A stretch of 64,000 nt of DNA from an uncultured Gammaproteobacteria bacterium (GTDB lineage Bacteria; Cyanobacteriota; Vampirovibrionia; LMEP-6097): positions 92,495-156,494 of the forward strand of contig CAYTKM010000002.1 of assembly GCA_964438425.1 (NCBI GenBank), written 5' to 3'. Of the stretch, positions 50,004 to 60,278 are shown piece by piece. A model generated the notes under the pieces. That model did not search any database, was not told the DNA's origin, and saw only the letters and a list, made by a program, of their open reading frames with translations. The position numbers and the translations under genes are program-made. Each line of letters opens with the position of its first letter. Within the stretch, counting starts at the first letter, position 1.

Positions 50004-51536
50004 TTATTCGACTTTTAATAGATAATCTCTATTTATTTCTCTAGTATTAACATCTTGCACGTGAACTGGAATTTTAACGCTATCTAAACTGATTTCTGGA
50101 AAGACGTGACCAAACTCTTCAAATGAAGCATAATTTACGCGAACTTTTTTTACTTTTTCCTTTTTACCAAACTCTATAACATTAGGTTGGAATTCAACTA
50201 ACTCAGGATAATCTGTTGAGAGCTCGAAACTACTAGCTCCTTTACCTATTTTTCGAATCTTAAGAATACTTGTGCGATCTCTAAAAGTGTATAAAAAGGT
50301 AGGCTTTTTAAGTGCTCGACCTCTGAGTTTTACACTTTCACGCTCATCAAGATCAAAATTTAATTTTAAAACTTTCCCGCCAGCTTCAACATCAAAAGTG
50401 TTTATAGTTTTATTCACTTCACTAAAATCATCTAAATCTTTCACTTCACTATTTTCGAAATGTAAGAAACCCGAATTGTAGTCATTTTCATCGGCTCCCT
50501 CATGAATACCGACTGATGAGCCACCAACAAATTTTTCATATATTGGTTCGACTTTAAGAGCGTATGTGCCGGGCTTTAAATTCTCTAAGCTAAAATTACC
50601 TTGATCTTCACCATCATAGTCAACCGCCGAAGTTACAAAATCTTTATAGGGATTCTCATTCTCTAAATTAAAGGCGATCACATTTAAGCCTTTAACACCT
50701 TTATTATGGTAAGATAAACTGCCTCTAATGCAACCTAGGTTGCTAGTAAGCTCATCTTTTGGATAAGCCATATTTATAGCTGCGATATCATCATGTTTGA
50801 GCTCTGTACTCGAACTAATACCTACTGGAAACATAACTGGCACAGCTGATAAGTCCATTTCAGAAATTTTACCTTCTTTAAATTTGGTAATTTCTGCTCC
50901 CTGACTATGATCAAGACCTACCATATGAGCAAATTCATGTAAAATAGTAGATTCTAAATGAGCTTTTAGCTCAGCGCGATCCTTTATATCAGGTCTATTA
51001 TCAAGCTTATAGAGGTAACCATTGAAAAGTGCCTGAGATTCTGCGATACTAACTAACTTTTTACCTTGAAAATTAAAAAAACTGGTAGTTGCGAAACCTA
51101 AAATATCTTCGCGCGCACCATAACCAACTAAAGCATCAACTATATTACCGTTATCAAAGATAATAGGGCTGTAATTTAAAGGTTCGAAAGGTTCAAGATA
51201 GTTATGAAAATTTAAGACGTTAACTGATTCATTAATAGGTCCAAGTGGACTTTCTTCAAAGCTTATATTCGATACACTTTCCCATTTATTTAGCATCTTT
51301 TTAACGCTAGTGCTCGCTTCAGCATAACTAAAATCACCTAGATCGTTTTTTTCCAAACGGTATATTAGTCTAGCTGTGTTTTTACTATCTTTCGGATAGG
51401 TTGGAAAGCGTACTTTACCTGCTGGGCAGTTTTCAATTCTTTTATTCTCTTCACAAACGCCCAAAATACCAGCTGCTTTAGTTGACTGCATGGTAAAAAG
51501 TACTAATGATGTAAAAAATAACAGGTATTTGGTCAT
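50004..51536 (-). CDS. secreted metzincin (matrixin/M10-like) zinc metalloprotease
   Basis: Signal peptide, HEFAHMVGLDHS zinc motif, Met-turn VMFP, L.HDDIAAI..YP, followed by a carboxypeptidase-regulatory-like beta domain. Confidence 0.88.
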   Translation of the reverse strand: MTKYLLFFTSLVLFTMQSTKAAGILGVCEENKRIENCPAGKVRFPTYPKDSKNTARLIYRLEKNDLGDFSYAEASTSVKKMLNKWESVSNISFEESPLGPINESVNVLNFHNYLEPFEPLNYSPIIFDNGNIVDALVGYGAREDILGFATTSFFNFQGKKLVSIAESQALFNGYLYKLDNRPDIKDRAELKAHLESTILHEFAHMVGLDHSQGAEITKFKEGKISEMDLSAVPVMFPVGISSSTELKHDDIAAINMAYPKDELTSNLGCIRGSLSYHNKGVKGLNVIAFNLENENPYKDFVTSAVDYDGEDQGNFSLENLKPGTYALKVEPIYEKFVGGSSVGIHEGADENDYNSGFLHFENSEVKDLDDFSEVNKTINTFDVEAGGKVLKLNFDLDERESVKLRGRALKKPTFLYTFRDRTSILKIRKIGKGASSFELSTDYPELVEFQPNVIEFGKKEKVKKVRVNYASFEEFGHVFPEISLDSVKIPVHVQDVNTREINRDYLLKVE

Positions 51537-51860
51537 GGAAGTAAAAAATTTACACCACCGTATGGTTAAAGAACATTTAATTTATTAATCATTTAGGATG
51601 ATTATATTGAGTATTAAACAAAGTTAATTTTAAAACTGTTTAAATGAGAGGCTTTTAGGTTACCTAGGAGATAATTCAAGGGTGGCTAGGTTAATTTTAA
51701 GATTGATAAATTACTTCTTAGTTACGGAATTTAGCTTTAGAAATTTTAAATATAAACTTTAAAAGTGATTTAAGTGATTGAATCTTATTTTTATTTTTAG
51801 GTCATGCTTTATTAGATATGCCAGAATATCTAATAAAATAATTAGTGGAATAAATCACAG

Positions 51861-52667
51861 ATGGCAGAAAATAAAATACGTTTAGATCAGTTCCTGTATG
51901 AGTATGCTTATTTTGAAAGCCGCCAGCAGGCACAAACTGCAATTATGACTGGTGGCGTTAAGGTCGCTGGCAAGCCTGCAACTAAAGCTGGCACGCAGCT
52001 AAACCTTAAAAAAACTTTAGTGGAACTTGAAAAATCGGCTGACTATGTGCAGATAGTTTCAACTGGAGTTAGTAAATACGTAAGTAGAGGAGCTTATAAG
52101 CTCGAAAAAGCTCATAAAGAGTTTAATTTAGATTTAAATGACTCAATAGTCTTTGACATAGGCGCTTCTACAGGTGGTTTCACTGATTTTAGTCTGCAAC
52201 ATGGTGCCAAGTGGGTAATAGCTCTCGATGTAGGTACTAATCAACTGCACGCTAAGTTGAAGCAAAACTCTCAGGTGATCAGTTTAGAGAAGACTAATAT
52301 TAAAGACTTTAGTTATACAGATTTAAAGGAGCTCGCTAAAGAAAATGCTTTTAATGTAAATGATATAGGCTTTGTGGTAGCAGATCTATCGTTTATTTCT
52401 ATTTTAAAGATAGTCACTAAGTTAAAAGAACTGTTTAGTGAAGCTGAGCCAGCATTTATATTTTTATTAAAACCACAGTTTGAAGGTACTAAAGAGTTAA
52501 TAAATAAATGTAAAGGCATAATTCGTGATGATAAGGTCAGATTAGGTATTAAAGAAGAAGTGCTTGCTAAACTAGCTAATGAATTTGAGATTTTAAGTTG
52601 CATGGAATCACCGATTAAGGGCGCTAAGGGAAATATCGAATATTTAGTGCATTTCAGATTTAAATAA
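51861..52667 (+). CDS. tlyA: TlyA family rRNA 2'-O-methyltransferase
   Basis: S4 domain RLD...ESR..A, YVSRGAYKL, DIGASTGGFTD, DVGTNQL, DLSFIS, KPQFE, SPIKGAKGNIEYL. Confidence 0.95.
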   Translation: MAENKIRLDQFLYEYAYFESRQQAQTAIMTGGVKVAGKPATKAGTQLNLKKTLVELEKSADYVQIVSTGVSKYVSRGAYKLEKAHKEFNLDLNDSIVFDIGASTGGFTDFSLQHGAKWVIALDVGTNQLHAKLKQNSQVISLEKTNIKDFSYTDLKELAKENAFNVNDIGFVVADLSFISILKIVTKLKELFSEAEPAFIFLLKPQFEGTKELINKCKGIIRDDKVRLGIKEEVLAKLANEFEILSCMESPIKGAKGNIEYLVHFRFK

Positions 52668-52705
52668 GTCATGTTAGACTTACATAAGTAAGAATGTTTT
52701 AAATA

Positions 52706-53797
52706 ATGGCAATAGTTTCATCCTATAACTGCGACGATAATGAAGAGCAAAGCTCGTCTAAAACCCCAAAAAGCATAAATAGTGCTAAACCAAGTAAAAC
52801 TTTAAAGTCATGCTTAGATCCGAGTCTAGGTGAAGCAGATAAAAAAACAGGTAATATCTTCAGACCGACTGGTTTTGATGGTTATATCGGGCAAACTCGC
52901 TTAAAGGAAACTTTAAAAATCTCGATTAGTGCAGCGCAAAAGCGCTCAGATTTGGCTAGTATGGGACATATTCTTTTATATGGTCCGCCAGGACTGGGTA
53001 AGACTAGCTGCGCCTACTTACTTGCAAATGAACTAGGTAGTGATATTAAAATCTTTTCAGCGCCAGCCTTGGAAAGACCTAAAGACATAATTGGTATTCT
53101 AATGTCTTTAAATGAAGGCGACATTTTGTTTATTGATGAAATTCATCGCTTAAATAAGATAACAGAAGAGCTTTTATACCCTGCTTTAGAAGATTTTGAG
53201 GTTGATTTAAGTGCAGGTAAAGATAATTCAAGCAGAATAATGCGCCTGAAGATAAATAAGTTTATCTTAGTAGGCGCAACTACTAAGCTGGGTTATATTA
53301 GCGCTCCTTTAAGGGATAGGTTCTTGCACGTTCAGCGTATGGAATACTATTCAGTAGCTGAGCTCAGTCAGATAGCCGAGCTTAATATTCAGAAAATAGG
53401 TTTAAAGGTGGAGAGCTCTGCTTGCACTGTAATTGCGCAGCGTAGTCGTGGTACGCCGCGTATTGTCAATCGCTTAATTCGCCTAGTTCGAGATTATGCA
53501 GAATTTAATGATATAGGTGTGGTTTGCCCTCAGGTGGCGGATCAGGCACTAAATTTATACAAGATTGATCAGTATGGACTAGATGATATGGACCGTAAGA
53601 TTTTGAAAGTTTTACAAGAAAATTACGATGGCGGGCCGGCAGGATTAGAGAGTATTAGTACTATGGTAGGAGAGGACAAAAACACAGTCGAGGACTACTA
53701 TGAACCGTTTTTATTACAGTCGGGGTTTTTAATACGTACTCATCGTGGTAGAAAGTTAACAGGCAAAGGCGTTAATTATTTAACAAAACTTGCTTAA
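52706..53797 (+). CDS. ruvB: Holliday junction branch migration helicase RuvB
   Basis: RP..FDGYIGQ, YGPPGLGKT, FIDEIHRL, GATTK.G.ISAPLRDRF, SRGTPR, YEPFLLQ.G...RT.RGR. Confidence 0.97.
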   Translation: MAIVSSYNCDDNEEQSSSKTPKSINSAKPSKTLKSCLDPSLGEADKKTGNIFRPTGFDGYIGQTRLKETLKISISAAQKRSDLASMGHILLYGPPGLGKTSCAYLLANELGSDIKIFSAPALERPKDIIGILMSLNEGDILFIDEIHRLNKITEELLYPALEDFEVDLSAGKDNSSRIMRLKINKFILVGATTKLGYISAPLRDRFLHVQRMEYYSVAELSQIAELNIQKIGLKVESSACTVIAQRSRGTPRIVNRLIRLVRDYAEFNDIGVVCPQVADQALNLYKIDQYGLDDMDRKILKVLQENYDGGPAGLESISTMVGEDKNTVEDYYEPFLLQSGFLIRTHRGRKLTGKGVNYLTKLA

Positions 53798-53847
53798 AGT
53801 AATTGTTTTAATAAATCAATTCAGATAAAATAAATAACGCACCTCAT

Positions 53848-55806
53848 ATGGATTTAAGAAGAAATATTATTGGTTTTAGTGTTGGTTTACTTGCAGTGGT
53901 AGCATTAATATTTATCGGGCATGAATTCATCGCAAACCTCGAATATGGCTTTTACACTTTTAAAGCTGATCTAAAAACCTACATTCAACCTGAATTTAGT
54001 GGTATTAAGCAGGTTCAGTTGCATAGCTGGTTAATCGCAAGTTTTATAATTATTACTAGCACCTTATTTTCCCAATTAAACAATAAACTTAGAGGTTTAA
54101 GCTATATCATGACTATCGCCTCAGTTTTAGTCTTAGATATTGCTGTATTTTTATTATTTGGTTTTAATACTTATATTTTCACTACTATTCTCGGTCTAAG
54201 TGTGGCTTATTTATTGTCTAGTTTGTTATTAAGCGCTGATTTAGTTCAAAATAACGAGGTCTTAAAAGATGCAAATGAAGCGAGAGCCGAGTCTTTACCA
54301 GTAAATATAGAACAAAATCAACTAGAAAGTGAAGCTTTAAAACGTAAAATAAATGATTTAGAAGACTCTAAGACTAAACTTACTAAACAAATCAATGAAT
54401 TAAAGCAAAGTCAAATTAAAACTAAGAAGATTAATTTGCAAGAGTCTTATACGGCTACTGAGAAGCTTTCTACTAAAATCTATCAGGATTTCCAGGATCA
54501 CACGGTTAAATCGCTTATAAGTCTATATAAAGACCTTAAAACAGGTAATAAGTTGGATAGCGACCTCAGTCAGAGATTTAATTTGTTACTTGCAAACTTT
54601 GATAATAGTTTATTTAATTTAGTGCCTTTTAAATTTGAAAAAGAAGCTGGCTTTATTGACATTTTAAAAATATATGTAAGTAAAGCTAATTTTAAATATG
54701 CTCAGCACCTGGAAATAGAGTTTGATCAAGGCGAGCATGGGTATTTAAATTTCCATGAGGATTGCAAGGTAAATTTATATAGATCTATCAGTGATTTTGT
54801 GCAAGAGTTATATCAGGTTAATCTGGAAAATAATAGTAAGGTTAAATTAAACCTGAACTTAGCTAAAGATATTCATCAAACTTTGCACCTGAATTTTGAC
54901 TATAATGGTCCGGCTCTAGATCCTCAGCGTAATAAAGAAAATTTAACTGAAATGCTTGAGCGCTTAGAGTCTGTTAACCTAAGATACACTTTTACTAAAT
55001 CTCATGATTTAAATCATTTAAAACTAGAAATTCCTAAGGCTAAGTACTTTGAATCAGCTACTGAACTAAAAGAAGGAAAAGTGAAATCTTCGAGTGTAAA
55101 TAAAACTAAAATAGCTACCATTAAAGCTGTTAAAGATAAACCTAAAAATGTACCTCAAGATTACAGTCTAAATAAGCCTATTTCATATATTAATGATAAT
55201 ACCGTGGGCGGAGTTAATCCATTTAAGGAAATAACTGTAAGTACAGATGAAGAGCCAGCTGCTCTAATAAGTCAGCTGCCATATGAAAAAACTAATAATA
55301 GTTCTTCTTCAAGTATAAAAGTTGGCGAGACTACTGGTGATGTGATCAGAAAAACTAAAAAATCGATAACAGCGCCAGCTGCTACAGATAACCATACTAG
55401 TGATATTAATGGAGCGTCAGCCCAGTCAAATCCAGAACTAGCGGCAAGCACGCCGAAATTAAAATCTGTAGAGCGCAAAGCTAACCAGATGCCAGTAGCA
55501 GTAGAGTCTGCCAAAGCAAGAGCAGCAGCTACTAATGAAGAAGAAGCTTTAGATTCAATTTTTAGAGAAGATCTGCTTGCCGATATGGGGATTATTACTC
55601 CGAAAAATGAAAAGAAAGCTTTGCGTGAAGAAAATAAAAAACTTGCTAGTAACTTAGAGCAGGATCATCATCTGAATTTACCTAATGTAGTTAAGCTTAA
55701 AAACCTTGATCCCGCTAGAAATAATGAAGAATTAGTTACTGCGCCGCTAAATGACGAAGAGTACGATATTAATAAATCAAGTTTCTTAAAGAATTACATT
55801 AATTAA
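53848..55806 (+). CDS. membrane protein with coiled coil and degenerate HisKA_3/HATPase-like region
   Basis: About 4 N-terminal TM segments, a coiled coil, IYQDFQDHTVKSL, NLYRSISDFV, DYNGPALDP, LTEMLERL, and a long disordered tail. Confidence 0.6.
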   Translation: MDLRRNIIGFSVGLLAVVALIFIGHEFIANLEYGFYTFKADLKTYIQPEFSGIKQVQLHSWLIASFIIITSTLFSQLNNKLRGLSYIMTIASVLVLDIAVFLLFGFNTYIFTTILGLSVAYLLSSLLLSADLVQNNEVLKDANEARAESLPVNIEQNQLESEALKRKINDLEDSKTKLTKQINELKQSQIKTKKINLQESYTATEKLSTKIYQDFQDHTVKSLISLYKDLKTGNKLDSDLSQRFNLLLANFDNSLFNLVPFKFEKEAGFIDILKIYVSKANFKYAQHLEIEFDQGEHGYLNFHEDCKVNLYRSISDFVQELYQVNLENNSKVKLNLNLAKDIHQTLHLNFDYNGPALDPQRNKENLTEMLERLESVNLRYTFTKSHDLNHLKLEIPKAKYFESATELKEGKVKSSSVNKTKIATIKAVKDKPKNVPQDYSLNKPISYINDNTVGGVNPFKEITVSTDEEPAALISQLPYEKTNNSSSSSIKVGETTGDVIRKTKKSITAPAATDNHTSDINGASAQSNPELAASTPKLKSVERKANQMPVAVESAKARAAATNEEEALDSIFREDLLADMGIITPKNEKKALREENKKLASNLEQDHHLNLPNVVKLKNLDPARNNEELVTAPLNDEEYDINKSSFLKNYIN

Positions 55807-55953
55807 CATCCAAAAATTTCTTTAATTAATTTTACTTGTGTTAAAGAATATTTACAACTTTTATAAAAAACATTTACAATAGTTTGTTTTATTTGAACTA
55901 AAACTTAGAGAAAATATAGCTTTTTTGGCTTTTATTAATAACTACTTTAACTT

Positions 55954-56454
55954 TCATTTTGATGAATTATCATCGTCATTATTAGTATTTTCGTTATCCG
56001 CTGATTGATTTTTATCTTCTTTTAAAGATTTTTTTAGCTCTTCAAGTTCGTTAGAAGTCATATTAAATGAGCGTTTTAAATGTTCTATGATCTCTTCGCG
56101 TTGTTTACTTTTTAAATTAGCTTTATCGCCCTTATTTTTACCTTTTTTAGCTGCTTTTTGATCTCTAAGCTCTTTAATTTTTTCACGAAGTTCTGGGTTA
56201 TCGATACTATCAAGATCTATACTATCGACGGTTTGAAAATCAATTTTAATAATGCCAGTCATGTAGATTAAACTTAAAACAGCGCCCCATAATAAACCAG
56301 CTTGAAAAATGTTGATAGTCAGATCACGTTCAAGAATATCAGCATAAAAACTATTCCAGAGCATTTGCACGAAAAAACTAGGTGCAACTACTAAAACAGC
56401 GACTAATAATAGAAGCAGCAAGATACTTAAAAAATTGATTTGAAATAGCTTCAT
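55954..56454 (-). CDS. hypothetical membrane protein
   Basis: Two hydrophobic segments followed by a charged tail. Confidence 0.7.
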   Translation of the reverse strand: MKLFQINFLSILLLLLLVAVLVVAPSFFVQMLWNSFYADILERDLTINIFQAGLLWGAVLSLIYMTGIIKIDFQTVDSIDLDSIDNPELREKIKELRDQKAAKKGKNKGDKANLKSKQREEIIEHLKRSFNMTSNELEELKKSLKEDKNQSADNENTNNDDDNSSK

Positions 56455-56478
56455 TATCTTATATCTTATTTTAACAAA

Positions 56479-57459
56479 CTAGTCAACTTTAAAACCAGCA
56501 GTCAGTAAATCTTTTAAATCAAGTACACCCAAGCATAGATTATTATCATCCACCACCAAGATTTGACCGATACGGCGGCGCTTGATAAAATCCGCCGCCA
56601 GCAGGGCGCTATCATCAGATTTAATGGTTATCGGCTTACTGGTCATTACCTCAGCAGCCTGCATTTTAAACAAAGCATTAGCATGTTTTAAGATCGCTCT
56701 TCTTAAATCACCGTCGGTAACAATACCTAATAGCTTTTTATCAGGTGCCAGTACGGCAGCAAAGCCTAGATTTTTTAAGTTGATTTCTTTAAGTAGATCT
56801 TGAAATGATGTATTGGGGCTCACTTGAGGGATTTCAAACTCTCTCATCAGCTCACTTACTTTAAGCATGCTTTGTCCGAGACTACCAAGTGGGTGAGATT
56901 TAGCAAAATCATGTTTTTGAAAGTTGCTTCTATGCATTAAAGCGATAGCCAGCGCATCACCTAAAACTAACGCTACTGTAGTCGAGCTGGTCGGTGCAAG
57001 TTCTAGCGGGCAAGCTTCTTTAGAAATGGGTGCATGTAAAACCACATCCGAGTGTCGGGCAAGCTCGCTGTCTAAATTGCCGGTGATGGCGATGATTTTG
57101 TTTTGCTGTCTTTTTAAAGGTAATAAAACTTTACTAAGCTCTAGAGTATTACCACTGTATGAAAGTGCCAGCACTATATCTTCAGGGTGCACCATACCTA
57201 GATCTCCATGCCCCATTTCAGCTGGGTGCACAAAGAAGGCACTAGTTCCGGTGCTGGCTAACGTAGCTGCTATTTTAGCGCCGATATGTCCTGATTTGCC
57301 CATGCCAGTTACGATTACCCGACCCTGGGAGCGCGCTTGAATGATAGCAACCGCGCGCGTAAAACTCTCATCAAGTAAGCTTTCAACTAACTTTAATGAT
57401 TCGATTTCGATGTTGAAAACTTGTTTAGCGTGCGCTATATCTGTCATCGTAGTGCTCAT
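56479..57459 (-). CDS. kdsD: arabinose-5-phosphate isomerase (KpsF/GutQ family, SIS plus CBS)
   Basis: TGMGKSGHIG.KIAATLASTGT, HPAEMGHGDLG, EACPLELAPTSSTT, HPLGSLG, TDGDLRR. Confidence 0.95.
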   Translation of the reverse strand: MSTTMTDIAHAKQVFNIEIESLKLVESLLDESFTRAVAIIQARSQGRVIVTGMGKSGHIGAKIAATLASTGTSAFFVHPAEMGHGDLGMVHPEDIVLALSYSGNTLELSKVLLPLKRQQNKIIAITGNLDSELARHSDVVLHAPISKEACPLELAPTSSTTVALVLGDALAIALMHRSNFQKHDFAKSHPLGSLGQSMLKVSELMREFEIPQVSPNTSFQDLLKEINLKNLGFAAVLAPDKKLLGIVTDGDLRRAILKHANALFKMQAAEVMTSKPITIKSDDSALLAADFIKRRRIGQILVVDDNNLCLGVLDLKDLLTAGFKVD

Positions 57460-57917
57460 AGCCCTATTATAGTAAGAATAATTAATAAAATGCCGAGAAA
57501 AAAGTTGGCTTTATGTAGCTTTTCACTGAGTAGATGAATTTCCCTAAATAAAATTGGATCACTTTCTCTAACACTTAGTAAATCGCCAGCTAACTTTAAA
57601 GTTAGATAAAAAGAAATCGCCGTGATAATTAAGGTAACTAATAATTGGAAGTGTTGATTTAAAGGTAGGGCAGCCACGTTAAAGCTGGCTGCCTGCAACT
57701 GAAAAAAATACTGCAATAAGCTGCAAACAAGTAAAATAATCACACTAATTAATAACCAGCTATCATAGCGCTTAAAAACCTTAATCATAATTTCGCCAGC
57801 TTCAGCGCGCGCGAGCATCCCAAATACTATCGGTGCCACTACTGCGCCCACAGTGATAGTAGCGCCGATAATAATACAAAGGCTTAAAAACTTAAAAATT
57901 AAAATGGTACTGTGCAT
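57456..57917 (-). CDS. DUF4149-like membrane protein
   Basis: VVAPIVF..L.RAEAGEIM..VF, F..IH.LSE; four hydrophobic segments; 4-bp overlap with kdsD. Confidence 0.7.
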   Translation of the reverse strand: MHSTILIFKFLSLCIIIGATITVGAVVAPIVFGMLARAEAGEIMIKVFKRYDSWLLISVIILLVCSLLQYFFQLQAASFNVAALPLNQHFQLLVTLIITAISFYLTLKLAGDLLSVRESDPILFREIHLLSEKLHKANFFLGILLIILTIIGL

Positions 57918-58166
57918 AATGTTTGAGTGTTTTCTAGTAGTATAAAACCTAAAAGTCTCTGTTTTATCTTAGCAAAGTGTTATTGGCTAAAAAATGCATA
58001 AACTAATGCTAATTTATCGATTGATCAAAGGTACTTTAGAATCATTAACTGATAATAAACTGTTAGATTCAAAAATAAAGCTTTTATTTAATTAAATAAA
58101 ATAAAAATTCTACCAACCTAGTACTTAACAAAAAATTAGTGGCAAGTTATATAATAGAGATAAGTA

Positions 58167-58781
58167 ATGTACGAACCTGAAGACTTTGATGAATATCAAG
58201 CAGGTATTGCTCCATCTGAGTATGAAATAGAACGAACCTTCAACAAAGAAGAGCCAATATTTGAAAATAAAGAACTTGATCGCTTTCATCGAGGTTCTTA
58301 TGACGCGGCTAGTTATAGCGTACTGACTATTGCAGCTTATCTATTACATTTAGCCTGGACGCAAGATAGTATTAGCCCTAATTTAAAAGAAGGACTGACG
58401 GCGATAAAAGTTGAGCAGCTACTTTACTTTATTCAACAAGAATACGCGAGGCGCTTTGATCGTGCTTTATTTAAAGATGCTATTTTTCGCACTAAATACG
58501 GACCTTTAATCATCGGGATTCGAGAAAAATATAAGCACTATGCTACCAGTCCGATACCGATTACTGAAGATGAGCTAGACATGCTTGAAGGTAATGTATT
58601 TGACCCAGCGATAATTTTTGTTATTGATAAAATTTGGGATAAATATAAAAACTTTACCAGTACTAAATTGCTAGAATTGCTCAGGAAGCAGGTGCCATGG
58701 GCTGATACCAAAGGTACTTATGAAAAGTATTCTTTCATAAGCTTGGATGAAATTAAACGAAGAAAGTGGTGGTATAGATGA
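58167..58781 (+). CDS. Panacea (DUF4065/SocA/GepA) domain protein with acidic N-terminal extension
   Basis: IAAYLL...LTAIKVEQLLYFIQ...LFKDAI....YGPLI...IDKIWDKY...T...L......PW. Confidence 0.8.
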   Translation: MYEPEDFDEYQAGIAPSEYEIERTFNKEEPIFENKELDRFHRGSYDAASYSVLTIAAYLLHLAWTQDSISPNLKEGLTAIKVEQLLYFIQQEYARRFDRALFKDAIFRTKYGPLIIGIREKYKHYATSPIPITEDELDMLEGNVFDPAIIFVIDKIWDKYKNFTSTKLLELLRKQVPWADTKGTYEKYSFISLDEIKRRKWWYR

Positions 58782-59359
58782 AAATTTTTGCGTTAAATTC
58801 TAGTATGAACCAGCAGTCGATGGCTGTCTATGACACTGAAAGTAAATCATATTTTACTGATGAGTTGCTAGATATAAAGTCTTCTTCGTTAGTGCAAGCT
58901 TTTAAGGTAACTTTTGAAAAAGCTGGTTTAACTTTAAAAGATATAGATTTGCTTGCTGTAAGCGTGGGACCAGGCTCTTTTACTGGTATACGAAACTCAC
59001 TTACCATCGTTAGAACACTTGCTTTAGAGCTAGATTTAAGAATTTTCACTTGTAATAATTTTCAGTTAATGCGCTTTTTAAAGCCAGAGTTAGCTACAGT
59101 GGTTTTACCAGCTACCAGCAATAGTTATTATATTTCTAAATCTAATAATGATTTTGAAAGTCCTAACCTGCATTATTTTAGTTTTGATAATCCACTTGAA
59201 ACGGTGCATGATTTAAATGATCAGCGTATAGCTAAACTTATCATCGAATACTACTTAAACCAGCAGCAGCCTAAAACTATAGCTTCTTATGAATTAAAAC
59301 CTTATTATTTAAGGGAACCAAGTGTGGGTAAGATTAAAAAGACTTTAAAATCTGCATGA
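58778..59359 (+). CDS. tsaB: tRNA threonylcarbamoyladenosine biosynthesis protein TsaB
   Basis: DIDLLAVSVGPGSFTGIR, L.P.YLREP C-terminus. Confidence 0.88.
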   Translation: MKIFALNSSMNQQSMAVYDTESKSYFTDELLDIKSSSLVQAFKVTFEKAGLTLKDIDLLAVSVGPGSFTGIRNSLTIVRTLALELDLRIFTCNNFQLMRFLKPELATVVLPATSNSYYISKSNNDFESPNLHYFSFDNPLETVHDLNDQRIAKLIIEYYLNQQQPKTIASYELKPYYLREPSVGKIKKTLKSA

Positions 59360-60111
59360 GTAAAACTAAGTTAAGTAGTGTTTATAACCGTGCGCTTGCT
59401 CATTACTTTAATGAAAATTTTACCGAAGCTAAAATAGATTTCAAGCTTTGTCGTGATGAAATTCTGGCAAATCAGCTCTTGCAGCCTGAAAATTTTAAAA
59501 AATATCAGTCTAGCTTGCGTAAAGTTCAATCTTACATAGCTGACTGTGAATTTGAAACTGCCAATTTTGAAGTTGCTTTTGATTTATATTACCAGCTTCA
59601 GCTAGCTGCGATGATGGCTTTTACTAAAATCATGTCAAGAGATCTTGATTTTGCTCTTAAAATTTGCGAGCAGTCTAACTATTCACCAGCCTGCAAATGG
59701 AATAGCTTCCTCGTTCGAGTTTTACTTCAAAACGAAAAACATATCGCTAATCCAGGTTATTTATGTTTTAGACTCTTTGCTGAGCTGACTATAGCTTATT
59801 TTATCAGGTTCAACCTGAAAGACTATTTGAATATTATGCTAGGGGTTGCTGATGACTTAATGAAATACTACCCTGAGTATAATAAAGCTATCGGCTCAGC
59901 TTTTCTCTCTTGTGGTAAATATTATGAAGCGCTAGAAATTTTTAATACTGATATCAGAAAAAGCCCGAATGATGCTGAATCATATTTCAAATTAGCTCAG
60001 GTTCATCTGGCTTTAAATAATAAAAAATTTGCACGCAAGAATTTTGAAAATACTTTAAAATTTTTACCAGGACATATTGCAAGTCAGAAATATTTGAAAA
60101 TTTTATCTTAA
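59356..60111 (+). CDS. tetratricopeptide repeat protein
   Basis: C-terminal TPRs (G.YYEAL..F.....SPNDAESYFKLAQ...A...FE.TL...P.H). Confidence 0.75.
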   Translation: MSKTKLSSVYNRALAHYFNENFTEAKIDFKLCRDEILANQLLQPENFKKYQSSLRKVQSYIADCEFETANFEVAFDLYYQLQLAAMMAFTKIMSRDLDFALKICEQSNYSPACKWNSFLVRVLLQNEKHIANPGYLCFRLFAELTIAYFIRFNLKDYLNIMLGVADDLMKYYPEYNKAIGSAFLSCGKYYEALEIFNTDIRKSPNDAESYFKLAQVHLALNNKKFARKNFENTLKFLPGHIASQKYLKILS

Positions 60112-60278
60112 ATTTTTGGCTTTCTTTAATCCTTAATAACTAGTCCGCATGGCTAAATCTATGACTTAACCTTCAGATAACATGCGTAATTTAAGTTAGT
60201 TGATGTATATGGCAAGTGCGCTAATGGGTATATTAATTATAACTCCTAAAGTCAACTCATTTAGGGAGGTGAATTAAC

